Of a stretch of DNA of 64,000 bases, positions 27,101-39,016 are shown piece after piece. Position numbers and translations under genes: made by a program. The stretch lies in the NCBI RefSeq assembly GCF_009914755.1, contig NC_060928.1; one strand, written 5' to 3'. The notes under the pieces were generated by a model, which was not told the DNA's origin, made no database searches, and saw only the letters and a list, made by a program, of their open reading frames with translations. How positions within the stretch are numbered: position 1 is the stretch's first letter; each line of letters begins with the position of its first letter. The stretch is from the human T2T-CHM13v2.0 reference genome, Homo sapiens.

Positions 27101-28937
27101 AATAGGCACTCAATAAGCATGCCTTAAATAAATGGATGCCAGCTTTCCAAGAAGAGAAACTACAACAAGTTGTCTAAAACTATAGTTTAAGTAAGTCCTA
27201 TATGATTGACTAGAGGGATTCAGTAGGTTTTCCTGGCCCCCAAAAAATATTTCACAACTCCTAAAATTCCACCATTGAAAATCATTATTTTTAATAAGGT
27301 CCTTTAACTATAAGGTCTTGTTCGACTATTAGTAACATATCATCACCATCATCTTTTAAATCATTATTGCTACATTATGTCAATTAACCCCCAAAACCAT
27401 TCTTTGAGTTCAGGTCTCTTATTATTCCCATTTTATACATAAGGAAAATAGGGCACCAGAGGAAACTTTGTGCAAGGACACAAAGCAAAAAAATGGTAGC
27501 ACTAGGATTTGAACCCAGGTAATATGGCCCCTGAACCTACAATCAGAGGCATCATGTCTACCATTCATTCATCATGAAATAAATAAATATTTATTGAGTA
27601 CCTTCCATGTACCAGAATCCATGCCAGGCTCTAAACATGAGATGAGTGAGCACCCATGCTGGAGGCAGAGTATACCCTAAAAAAAGCATGGGAAAAAGCA
27701 GAAGAGGGAGGTGGTTAGAATGTGTGGAATAAAAGAGATGAAGGAATAGAATTCTATCTTTGCTTATCATATGTTTACTGGTCACAAAACTTGTAACTCC
27801 CCACAGGATTTGGCTTCTGCTTTAACCACCAGTCTTGCTTCTTTCAGAGTAGCCTCTGAGCACGGCTTCCGGAGACTATTCGCCCTACTAAAGGCTGACT
27901 CCATCACTTATGACCTGGAGCAATTATCCATTAGTCTCTCTGAGTTTCATTGCTGAAACAGGGATGTTAACTCTTACAGCCTGCCTCATCAAACTGGTAG
28001 TTAAGTTTGATGAGTACAGTAAATTAAGTAAATGAGTACTAGGTAGAGTACTAGAAATTTTCTTTTTTTCCCAAACAGCTTCTTCTAGAAAATTTGATTC
28101 TGACAATCCGTTTGGTTAATGATCTGGAAGCCTTCGTGCAATCAAGCTGCTTCCAAGACTGAAAAAGAAAAAAAAAATCCCTCCTACTATATCCTTGAGA
28201 AAAAGGAATAATGTGCAGTTCCCTAAAGACTTCTTAAAAGACAGATAAAAATGTTTGAGCAGTTGATGATTTTTTAAAAAGTAGAAACATCTGGACATCT
28301 CATCCCCCTGGTCTAGACCCATCCTCATGCCAGATTTTTTCCCTACGTAGCTATTTGGAATTACAGTAATAGTTATCTTTGGTTGACTGAACTGAGGAGC
28401 TAGGAGCCATAGCATATTCATTTAAAATTAAAAGGAAATTTAAAAAAAAAACTAAAATCTGAACTACTGGCTCTGAAAGACTTCTTAAACTCAAAATCAA
28501 ACTCAATTAAATTTCATATCAAGTTCCATTCCACCTGAGCCTTAAACTTATGCTTTATTCATTTATTATTCATATCAATAATTATTTTTGTATTCACTAT
28601 TTTTATTTCTATGTATTGTTTATTTATAGCTCACTCATCATGTAATATTAACCAGGCAATAACACAGGCCCTGATGGAAAGGTGGACTCCTTTTTCATTT
28701 ACTTTTATAAATATTTCAAACTAGTAGCCAAAATGCACAATTCCTACATTTTTATATAAGCTCTTTGATGTGCTAGGTTATGAAGTACTACAAATTCTTC
28801 ACCATGAGTCCCAAAAGAAGTGTTTATTAGAACTGCCCCCAAACTTCTCTGCATTTAAGAAGATGCTCAAACATAGAAATGATAATGTCACTGATTATAC
28901 TGCAACAAAGAACAGGCTTCCCCAGCTATGTGGAAGA

Positions 28938-29145
28938 TATATACATACATATATATATATATATATATACATACACAGACACACACATATATATACACAT
29001 ATGTGTATATATGTATATGTGTATATATGTGTGTGTATATATATTCTTCTGTAATATATAGACACATACATATATGTATGTATATATGTATATATACATA
29101 TATATATACGTATATATGTATATATACATACGTATATATATATGT
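28938..29145. repeat. Compound (TA)n/(CA)n/(TG)n microsatellite
   Basis: About 200 bp of mostly alternating purine-pyrimidine sequence. Confidence 0.97.
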
Positions 29146-29261
29146 AGCAGAGAAGAAGAGAAAACCACAGAGTCACAGACCAAATAGAGAAAATGACCAC
29201 CATGTTTATTTAGAAAATTGGTTTATATCTATCTCTGTGCTGACTCTAAACCAGGTTTACA

Positions 29262-30990
29262 TATGATCGTCTCAATAGATGCAGAAAAATTATTTGCATC
29301 CATTCATGATAAAAACCAATTCAGCATCCATTCATGATAAAAACCCTCAACAAACTAGGCATTGAAGGAATATACCTCAAAATTGTAAGAGCTGTATATG
29401 ACAGACCCACAGCCAACATCATGCTGAATGAGGAAAAGTTGAAAGCATTCACTCCAAAAACTGGAATGAGACAAAGATGTCCACTTTCACCCCTCCTATT
29501 CAACGCAGTACTTACTGGAAGTTCTGGCCAGAGCAGCAAAGCAAAGAAAGAAATACAAGGCATCTAAATTGGAAAAGAGGAAGTCAAATTATCTCTGTTC
29601 ACTGATGATATGTTCTTATACCTAGAAAATGCTAAAGTCTACTCCAAAAGACTTCAAGATTTGATAAATAACTTCAGTAAAGTTTCAGGGATACAAAATC
29701 ATTGTACAAAAATCAGTAGCATTTCTATATACCAATAACGCCCAAGCTGAGAACCAAATGAAGAACTCAATTCCATTTACAATAGCTACAAAAAGAAAAA
29801 AATACCTATGAATACACTTAACCAAATAAGTGAAAGACCTCTACAACAAGAACTGCAGAACACTGATGAAATAAGTAGTAGATGACACAAACAAATGGGA
29901 AAACATCCCATGTTCATGGACTGAATAAATCAATATTGTTAAAATGATCATACTGTCCAAAGCAATCTACAGATTCAATGCAATTCCTATTAAATTACCA
30001 ATTTCATTCTTCACCAAACTAGAGAAAGTAATCCTAAAATTTATTTGGAACCAAAAAAGAACCCAAATAGCCAAAGCAATCCTAAGCAAAAAGAACAAAG
30101 TTAGAGGTATCAATGTTATCTAACTTCAAATTATTATTCAAAGCTATAGTATCCAAAACAACATGGCATTGGTATAAACTAGACACATAAGGATACAAGG
30201 GAATCTGAGGACTCGGGGGAAAGGGTAGGAGGGGGTGAGGGATAAAACACTATACATTGGGTACAGTGTACACTGCTTGGTGACGGGTGCACCAAAATCT
30301 CAGAAATCGCCCCTAAAGAAATTATTCATCTAAATAATACCACCTGTTCCACAAAAACCTATTAAAATTTTAAAAATTATGAAAAACATAGAGTAATGGA
30401 AGAGAATAGAGAACCCCAAAATAAAACCAAATACAACCATCTCATCTTCAACAAAGTCAACAAAGATATATACTGGGGAAAGGACACTATTCAATAAATG
30501 GTGCTGAGATAATGGGAGAGCCACATGCAAAAGAGTGAAACTGGATTCATATTTCTTAACATACACAAAAATTAGCTCAAGGTGAGTTAAAGATTTAAAT
30601 ATACGATCTGAAACTGTTAAAATCCTAGAAGAAAACCTAGGAAAAACTCTTCAGGACATTGGACTAGGCAAAGAATTGATGGCTTTTGCAGCAACGTGGA
30701 TGGAACTAGAGGCCATTATCCTAAACAAAATAACTCAGAAACAGAAAGTCAAACACCACATGATCTTACTTATAAGTAGGAGCTGAATAATGTGTACGAC
30801 ATAACATGTGGAATAATGGACATTGGAGACTCCTCAGTGTAGGAGGGATGAGAAATTACTTAATGAGTGCAATGTATTCTATTTGGGAGGTAGGTACACT
30901 AAAAGCTCAGACTTAACCACTACACAACATATCCATGTAACAAAACTGTACTTTACCTCCTAAATCTATTTTTTAAATTTAAATAAATAA
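29262..30990 (+). mobile_element. 5'-truncated, internally deleted L1PB4-like element
   Basis: RT-region peptide ([12 protein letters not shown]...[15 protein letters not shown]). 3' UTR 'gagaaattacttaatg...cactaaaagctcagactt...catgtaacaaaactg'. Confidence 0.9.
30190..30380 (+). mobile_element. Nested L1PB1-3-like 3' end
   Basis: 'ggactcgggggaaaggg...gggtgcaccaaaatctcagaaatc...caaaaacctatt' interrupts the host L1 at 'agacacata|ga..aatggaa'. Confidence 0.85.
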
Positions 30991-33598
30991 GTAAATCTAG
31001 TTTAATAGTGTACTCAATCCGAGCACTATACAGTACCACTATAGAGACAGTAAATACCATTCATTTTAGAAACAAAGGATTATTGAATATTATATTACAC
31101 TTCAAAATTGTATGAAAACTGTACATTCATCTCCTTTCCTGGAATGTGAGGTTCCTCAACACATAGAATATGCATAGCTTTCTGAATGAATGAGTTTGGT
31201 AGCTAACCAAAGACCCAGTCATTAACAGCAGAGTTATAGGTTTGAAAAAATATCTTGAGGGTGGATCGGAACCATACAAATGTTTATTCTACTCAAAACT
31301 GTAGGACCTATCTATCCTTCAATTACAATTGCCCTAAGACCCTACACTTGATCATTCTGTAATAACAGTATCAGAGTTAATTTGATGACAACTTAGAATG
31401 GACAAGGCCTATTGCCAAGTACAATGCATATTTAGAAATATGTTGCCATTTAAATATCACAACATCCCTGTGAAGTAGATTTTTTCCATTTTTTCACATA
31501 ACAAAACCACATCTTGCTTTACAAGTGTTACTTTTCTTACTAAAATATTTGCTGTTTTTAATAAATAAACAGTATAAAAGACATCTTAAGATTACAAGTA
31601 ATTCATGTAAGTTATATATATCATTTACCTTGTTCCTTGGAGAAATTACAAAATAGTATTTGCATTTGGGGGTCTAAATCTGTTCAAGGCAAGATTTTCA
31701 CAATGCATTGTGTTTTTGGTCTGCAGACTGTGAGACTTATTCTTACTATAAACACTCTCTCCCTCTTTCTCTGTAATAGGATTCTTGTTTAACTATCTCC
31801 CTCTTACCCAACTTTTGACCCTCTTTGACTTTTTCACTGGAGAACAACAGGTAAATAGGGAAAAGTCTAGCCCCATAATTATCCTTTGCAGATATTTTTC
31901 ACTGAGTTTCACATTAGTCTCACACTCTTGTTGAACTGTTTGGAACATACCTGGCTCATTTTGACACCAAAAAAGTTCATGCTAGCTGGCATATTCGGTA
32001 ACTACAATTGTATCATGTACTATTCTAAAAATAATTCTGTGTGTTTAAAGCCACCTGTATGCAATTTAGCCAGGAATTTAGAAAGGAAGCTTTAACAATA
32101 AGTATGAATTGATGATTATCTTGGATAACCAGTACCTGGCACAGTACCTGACATAGATAAGCACTTGGTAAATGTATTTGAATGAATGAATATTCTATTA
32201 CCTGTGATTCTAAATATTCCTTGCCAAGGCAGTCTTCTCTTATACTGCTAATCAGGACAAATTCCAATCACAGTCCTGCTACATGGCACTTGAATTAGCA
32301 AGTGTGTTTAAACAAACAGAAAGTATGTCATTGCTTAAAGGATAAAAGGGGCTGGTCAACCAGGCACATCACATGAGCCATCGTAGGGTGAATGTTCACA
32401 GGATCACAAATGGCTTACCCTTTTGGAAGAGAATAGAGAAAAGAGGTTAAGAAATGTATCCCCATTTCACGGGTATGTGATCCAGTAATATTTTTGCCTC
32501 AAATCCCTGAGGACAAGCATTAATTAAAAAGGTCATTGCAGAAAAGCTTTCCCGAAAGAACATTAAAAGTAGCTACAGGGAGCAAGCATTTCCAAGCCTT
32601 TTGTATTATTTGACCCAAAATGAATTTTCCTCTTATTGTAACAATAAACTTACCAAAAAGCCAAAGGATGGTGCTAAGGACAAGATGGTGTATAAAATTT
32701 TATTCTGTATTTACCTTTAACAATGTCTCTTAAAATTAATACTTCAAATAAATGGTATTTAAAGAAATTATAGCATGATGTCTTTCCTTCAAGCTGTAAC
32801 TTCTTAGTAATTGGCCTTACCTATTGATAGCCAGATGTGAAGGAGAATAGGAGACATTCTATTATTTGCAAAGCACCCAACTATGGTATGCTTAGTCACA
32901 AACAAAACATTTCAAGGAGAAGACTCCATTTCTAAGTTAGAAAAAAAATGTACACCTATAAACACTGATTCATTCTCTTCTCTCTGATGACAAACACTAA
33001 ATTAGTCTATAAATTATGAGTATTATGTTTGTAGAGTACCCCCATGTTCTAACTACTCCACCTCTTTAATCAATTTGCCATTCCAAAATGGAAAATGGTT
33101 TAGAAAAACCTGTCAAACAGAAGAGAAAGAAAATCTAATCTGGGCAAGTTATTAAGAAATCTGCTTCTTTGAATCTTTAACATTTAAACTGTCCATAGAG
33201 ATTTAGAAATGAGGTGAGGGCAAGATGGGGGTGGGGTGGAGGCTTGGGGCACAGGGTGGGGGCTGCAAAGAGAGACTAGCTGCATCCCCAGAGCACCGGA
33301 GCACCGTCTAGCTTGGAAGAAGAATGGGAAGTTACACGTTGAGAGATAGAGAAAGAAGCAGAGACAGGTGGCAAAAAGAACAAGTATGAAACAGGCAGGA
33401 ATACAGGAGGAAGACAAAGAAGAACATGAAAAGTGGAGGAAAAAACAATGAGAAGTAGAGAAGGGGTCATGAGAGGAGAAAGGGGGAACCGAGGGAGCCT
33501 GCGGGGAAGAATGAAAAGAAGGGAAACTAAGAGAGAAAAAGAACAGCTCCTCCATCATCGGTGCTGCCTTCTTCATCTTCGTCTCTTTTTTTTTTCAG

Positions 33599-33915
33599 AT
33601 GGCACACTGACAGAAGATTAATTCAAGTCAGCTGCTGAAAATAATTATTGCATTATGGGAGCAGTAATCATTATTTAGAACATGATTAAATATGTCTGCA
33701 CCTATTGACTCTGCCTATGATTTATGTATTTGTTTAGTCAATAGTCTAATGTAAATGATGTAATTAATTATAGATGGTGGTGTCAGGTCATTGGTGAAAA
33801 CAATCTGAGGAGAACAAGGGCTCTGTTTTTTTCATGACAGATGCAGGGGGGTGGGGGGCTGAGTTGAGGGAATTCCAGGGGAACTTTTTCACGTGTGAAT
33901 GGCGGCTGGGATCTC
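33599..33915. promoter_or_regulatory. Candidate highly conserved non-coding element (enhancer)
   Basis: Dense array of TGACAG, CAGCTG, TAATTA, TGATTTAT (33718), TATTTGTTTA, AGGTCA, NF-kB-like GGGAATTCC and CACGTG. Preceded by a T run. Confidence 0.6.
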
Positions 33916-36900
33916 AATTTGCATGTTGTCTTTCTCTTGTTCAGCCTTCGTTTAGAAATTGAAATAACTTGTTAAGCAAAGGGGAAGGGAGCACATGGTT
34001 GCCAGGAGGACACCTGGGACTTGGGCGGGTGAGTAGGTAAAGAACCAGCTGCTCCCTAACACAGGGGAGCGTGGCACCATCATTTACCGCTTCATAAAAT
34101 TAAATGTTTTCCAAATTAAATCAGTAGACAGTGTGCAGGAGGCCTACTATCTCTAATAACAATTTTTCAATCAATATGAGGGGCCTTGCCAATATGAAAT
34201 CTGAGCTGAGGAAGTTAGGATGGGCTGGGGAGGGAGTGTCAGAGGATGGCACAGGCGAGGAGGTGGAAACAGGGTTTGAGTACCGAAGCTTTCAATCAAA
34301 CCAAAGGTTTAAAAAATATAGATATATATTCATGGTGGATTCGCCACCACTGTGAGTCTATTCCCTGTAGATTTTTCTCTTAACTGATAATTCGGTCAGT
34401 CACATTCCTCAGAGGGGGGTCACAGGTCACCCCAGCCCCTGTCAGGCCTCAGAGAAACCATTTCCATTTTAATGCCACAGCTATAATCTATCAAAGATGT
34501 GATGTACAAGATACAATGAATTTAAGTGGTCTTCATATATCACTGAGCTTTCATGCCTTCACCTGGGTAATAGTCTGAATTACTCTCCCTACCTCACAAT
34601 CTGTCACCCCCAGTAAAATAACTGCCATGCCGGTGTTAATGACAGATTTGTCCAAATTGGGGCCACAGTAGCCAAAGTCATTCTACATCATAAACTTTAG
34701 CATTTAGTGCTTAGCCTGGAAAGGGCCCATAGCTTAAAATACTTCTGTAAATAATTCTGTGGAGAGGCTCTACTCATGTTTTTATTTATAAGAGCTAAAA
34801 TAAATCTAGCTGGGGCTGCACACAACCTGCCTTCTCCATTTCTCTGTATCTAGACCTCTCTCTCTCAAACCTGTCTAATCTAGCCTGTCACTTTCCCCTG
34901 AAAGGTGTCTAATAGACACAGGTCTCTTCCTTAGACAATAAACATAGCAGAGTTCAGAAGACTCAGCTTATAGTTAGTGACCTTCTCTGCAACTCAACTA
35001 TTAACCCTTCTTATTTTACCAGTAAGTAGTAAAAGTCCTCTGTTGCCAACACATATATCTCCACTTAAACTATCCCTGGCTGTGAGACAAGTGCACTGCA
35101 AAAACCTCCAGGAATATAAGTCTCCATGCCCCACTTCATTCAAGTATGTTCATACATCCCTCTCTGTTTCCAGTCCTTTTCCCAGTTCCAACATCCAATC
35201 TATTTCATTTACAACCTTTAAATCAAGAGGTAAAAATAAATAATTAATTAAAAATTCTAGATGAAGGGGTAGAAGGCTGGGTTTGGACCCAAGGTCTGAG
35301 ATTTGGCAAAAGTATTATACAGGAATGATATCTGTTCCAACCCACACAAGATTTGCCATGCTACCAGTGGATCCATCTAATAGAAAAGATTGCATACTGA
35401 TTGATCATTCAGGTACTAAAACCCCTTGGATGAGACCAAGAAAGATTCAGACAGCAGATTTGTGCCTACAAGCATTTGTTGCACTGAAGTTCCTGCATAA
35501 ACATCTTATATTGGTGTATTGCCTATGTCTAAGAAACTCAAAGTAATTAGGCAATATTGAGAGAGGACCTTGGTTTTTGTGCATCAGCCTAACATGACAG
35601 GGATATGGATTTTAAAGAAATCTCGTAATACATTCTCTCATTGAAAGAGCAGTCTAAATTTGTTCATAGGTCACCTAGTACTAGAGTCACCCAATGCTTA
35701 TAATTAATAATCACAGATAAACATATAAAGAGTGTTAGTTTCTCAGAAAACTCTCTGCTTTGAAGTAGTTTATAACTTCTCTGTACCTCGTTCTTTATAT
35801 ATGAACACTGGGGGCCATTAGGACTTACAGACATTTTAACTCTCAAGGGTGTGATAAGGATTAATGAAGTAAGGTTTATAAAATATCTTGAACCACTCGC
35901 TCTTTCCACAGGCTATGGATTTCTAGAAATGGAGGCAAAGCTGTCTAGAAAGTTGATGGCCTGGTTAAAAGGCCAAAAAAGTCAATAGAATTGAAATTAT
36001 TTAGGAAAGCTTCAGACAGAACATGCAGCAGCAAATATTCCTTTAGGTTTCAGACCACTTCTGTTTAACAATAACAAGAGTCTGGTCCTCCTCTCTCTGA
36101 TAATGCTTTCATTAAGGTAAACAGTATATTATTAATGCTGAGGGTTTCTCCAGCAGGCTCTGTTTGCTTCCACTTTATCTGCTGCTTTGCAGTGAATTAT
36201 AAACTCAGGAGATGTAAGTTAAAAATATGCTCCCAGCCAGTCAAAATCAATGAAAGCCCTTAACTTCAGCTGGAAAGAAACTATAGTAAAATGAAGTTGA
36301 AAGAAAGAGTGTTCTTTCTATCAATGCTCTTGGGCTCACAATGGATCGGACTTTACCAGACCCTCCAATATGTTAATGCAGTGTGTTTTCAAGCACATAC
36401 ATATAGCATGTATGGTGAAAAGATGCTCTCACTCCTACAGAGGCACGCTTCAGCAGCCCCTTGGAAAGAAAGCACATCCCATGGCCATAGATATCTCAGG
36501 GTATCACTTTCTCATAATTCTGCATGTCTTTTGGCCTGAAAGAGTCTTTGCACTGTTATAATATAAAAACGATTTAACCTGATTCTCCTCTAAAAGACAT
36601 TAGAACTTGTGCAAAGAACTCCAAAAAGCTTTCCTTTCAAAGGGATAGCCTAAATTTACCAAGTAATTATCTTTGCTTTCCTAAAGTGTGTAGAACTGAA
36701 CAAAGAGGTAGCAATTGTGTGGCCCAATATTTAGAAATTCATAATAGATTCCCAAAAATGAATGAAAAGATTCATCTAGGACATGCCTGTTTGTCCCCTT
36801 CCTTCATCATCCCCCTGAAAGAACAAGCTTTAAAACGATAATGGTGTGTGTGCAGATAACACTCAGATTTCCTGAAGTTGTTTTTCCTGTGGGAAAACAC

Positions 36901-37080
36901 TTACCTTGTAAAACAGGATGGATTTTTTGCCCATGTTTGCAATCTTAGTAATTTACAAAGCTCTTCTTAGTCATTCAGAGTCAGAGCAGCAAAAGTACTG
37001 CCACCTCTCACCTCCTAAAAAGTTTTAGCTAGGGCCAGAGCTTTGCACTGGTTCAGAGTGCTTGACTATATCCCTTAAGT

Positions 37081-37465
37081 CAGTGTTTCTTAAACTTCAA
37101 TGTGTATAAAATAGACCGTCAAATAAAAGACAGAATGCTCAGTTCAATTTGAATTTTAGGTAAAAACAAATGGTTTTTCAGTATAAGTATTTTCAAATAT
37201 TAAATAGGAAATATTTATACTTTTAAAATATTGTTTATTTGAAATTCAGATTTAACTGAGTGTCCTGGGGTTTTGTTTGTTTGCTTGTTTTTTTTTTTAA
37301 TCAGAATTACCTAGGATGTTTACAATGTAGATTTTCAGTTCCCAAACCTCATAGATTTGGATTTCACAATTCTATTGGTGAATCAGGGAACTTTTTTTTT
37401 ATTTCCTAAATAAGCACCTTGGATGGCTCCAGTGCACAGACTTGAAACCACTTTGAGAAACACTT
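37081..37465. mobile_element. MER5-type hAT-Charlie element
   Basis: Termini cagtgtttcttaaactt ... ctttgagaaacact. Internal 'tcagaattacctagg' and 'taaataagcacc'. Confidence 0.75.
37120..37275. mobile_element. MER53 palindromic MITE nested in the MER5
   Basis: cagaatgctcagttcaatttgaatttt...gtataagtat / atatttatac...gaaattcagatttaactgagtgtcctg is self-complementary, as in MER53. Confidence 0.85.
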
Positions 37466-38250
37466 CTTAAGCGGTAGAATATCGCCTGATGTACCTTCAT
37501 ATATCAGCAGCAAAATGTTTTGAATTTAAAGCTGCCGGTTATTTTACCTTTGCCATGGGAAGTCTAATATGTTTGCCCCCACTTCTAAAATCCCAAAGAT
37601 ACATAGAGTCCTTGATCACCCAGAGGGGACAGGCACAAACAATATGAATTTCTGTCAAGGGATAAACGAAGCCTATTACCTTTTACTTGTAATTTTCCCT
37701 TTTTTCACATATAGAATACACTGATTTCTGTTGCTGTATTCCTTTTGCAACTTGGGTATTATTTACAATAAATTGAATCCTTTCCATATTTGACATATTA
37801 CACTGATCTATGGCTTTGCTTTCATTTTGTCCTGTTAACTAGAAACCCACTTCATCATGAAATATGTTCCCCACACTTTTCCCCATAGTGAGTAAAAACA
37901 TTGATAAAGCATCATAAATTGTAGGTCATTTCTCAACTGCTTCCTGCTACAGTGAGGACTGGGAGAAGGAAAAGTAAGTACTGATCAATGGCCACTTAAT
38001 AAAATTTATGCTGAATGTATAGACAAAAAAGCACTGGACGTGTGAGAAGCCACACATATAGGATGCTTGCCTCACATCCGGACTTTGTTCATTACTCCGT
38101 AACACCAAAGGCAATTCAGCTTTTCTCTCTCTAGCAAATAAGTTCCACCCCCAAAATAAATTAATGAAGGTAAACTTTTAATGGTGATTTTGCCTAAGTC
38201 ATCCAGATAATTGAAACAGATATACCAAAACCATCAAGATATATATGCCC

Positions 38251-39016
38251 GCAGCTGGGAATAAAGTACTCTAAGCCAAGTATAATTAAGGCATATTGGC
38301 AAGTGCTTGTTTTCATAGCTGAATTTACTTATAAAGAACATTTTAATTTTACTAAAGCATGGCTTCCAGAGAAGAAAGGCTGATAAACCAATCAGTCTAA
38401 TATACCTAAGCCATCAGAATTAATATCTAGTCCTCCCTTTTATTCTGTGTAAATCTTGGGTACATAGAGTTGCTTAAAGCCCGTTTTGGACCAGAGATGT
38501 CAACCAACAACAACAACAACATTGATCGTGACACATATAATATCACCAATTTATTTAGATATGCTGATTTACTGTGTACCAACAAATCTACCAGGCATTT
38601 TACAAGTGCCATCTCGGGGAGGACATCACAGCAACATTTCACAAATGAGGAATTAATAATTTGACTCAGACCACAAGGTAAGGGATGGGCGAGTAAGAAG
38701 CAGGGAAAGAAAGAAGGGAGGTGGAAAAAAGGGAGACAGAGAAGTGTGATATCCTTTAAAACCTATTTGTTAGACCGTCTCCCAGTATTCTTTCTTAAAA
38801 ACACCCTGTAGAGTATTAAATATCTGAGATCATTAAATATTCCAGATAAATGATGCCTTTCTCTGTCACAGCATAATATTCACTTTATCAGCCTTTCATA
38901 GCAACTGTGCCTTAGCAAAATTAAAATGTTCTTTATAAGCAAATTCAGCTATGAAAATAAACACTCACCAATACACCCTAGTAATACATGGCTTAGAGTA
39001 CTCTAATCCCAGCTGC
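38251..39016. repeat. Long inverted repeat: arms 38251-38387 and 38884-39016, 496-bp spacer
   Basis: Hand alignment: 94 of 109 identical with no gaps, then a short divergent stretch and a perfect 14-bp inner match (gaaaggctgataaa). Confidence 0.97.

Noticed and set aside
28879-29266. Overlapping Y/I/H/V-rich ORFs
   Set aside because: Artefacts of the TA/CA microsatellite.
33184-33621. 130-aa F/S/P-rich ORF and its overlaps
   Set aside because: Consequence of the purine/pyrimidine-skewed tract, which lacks stop codons.
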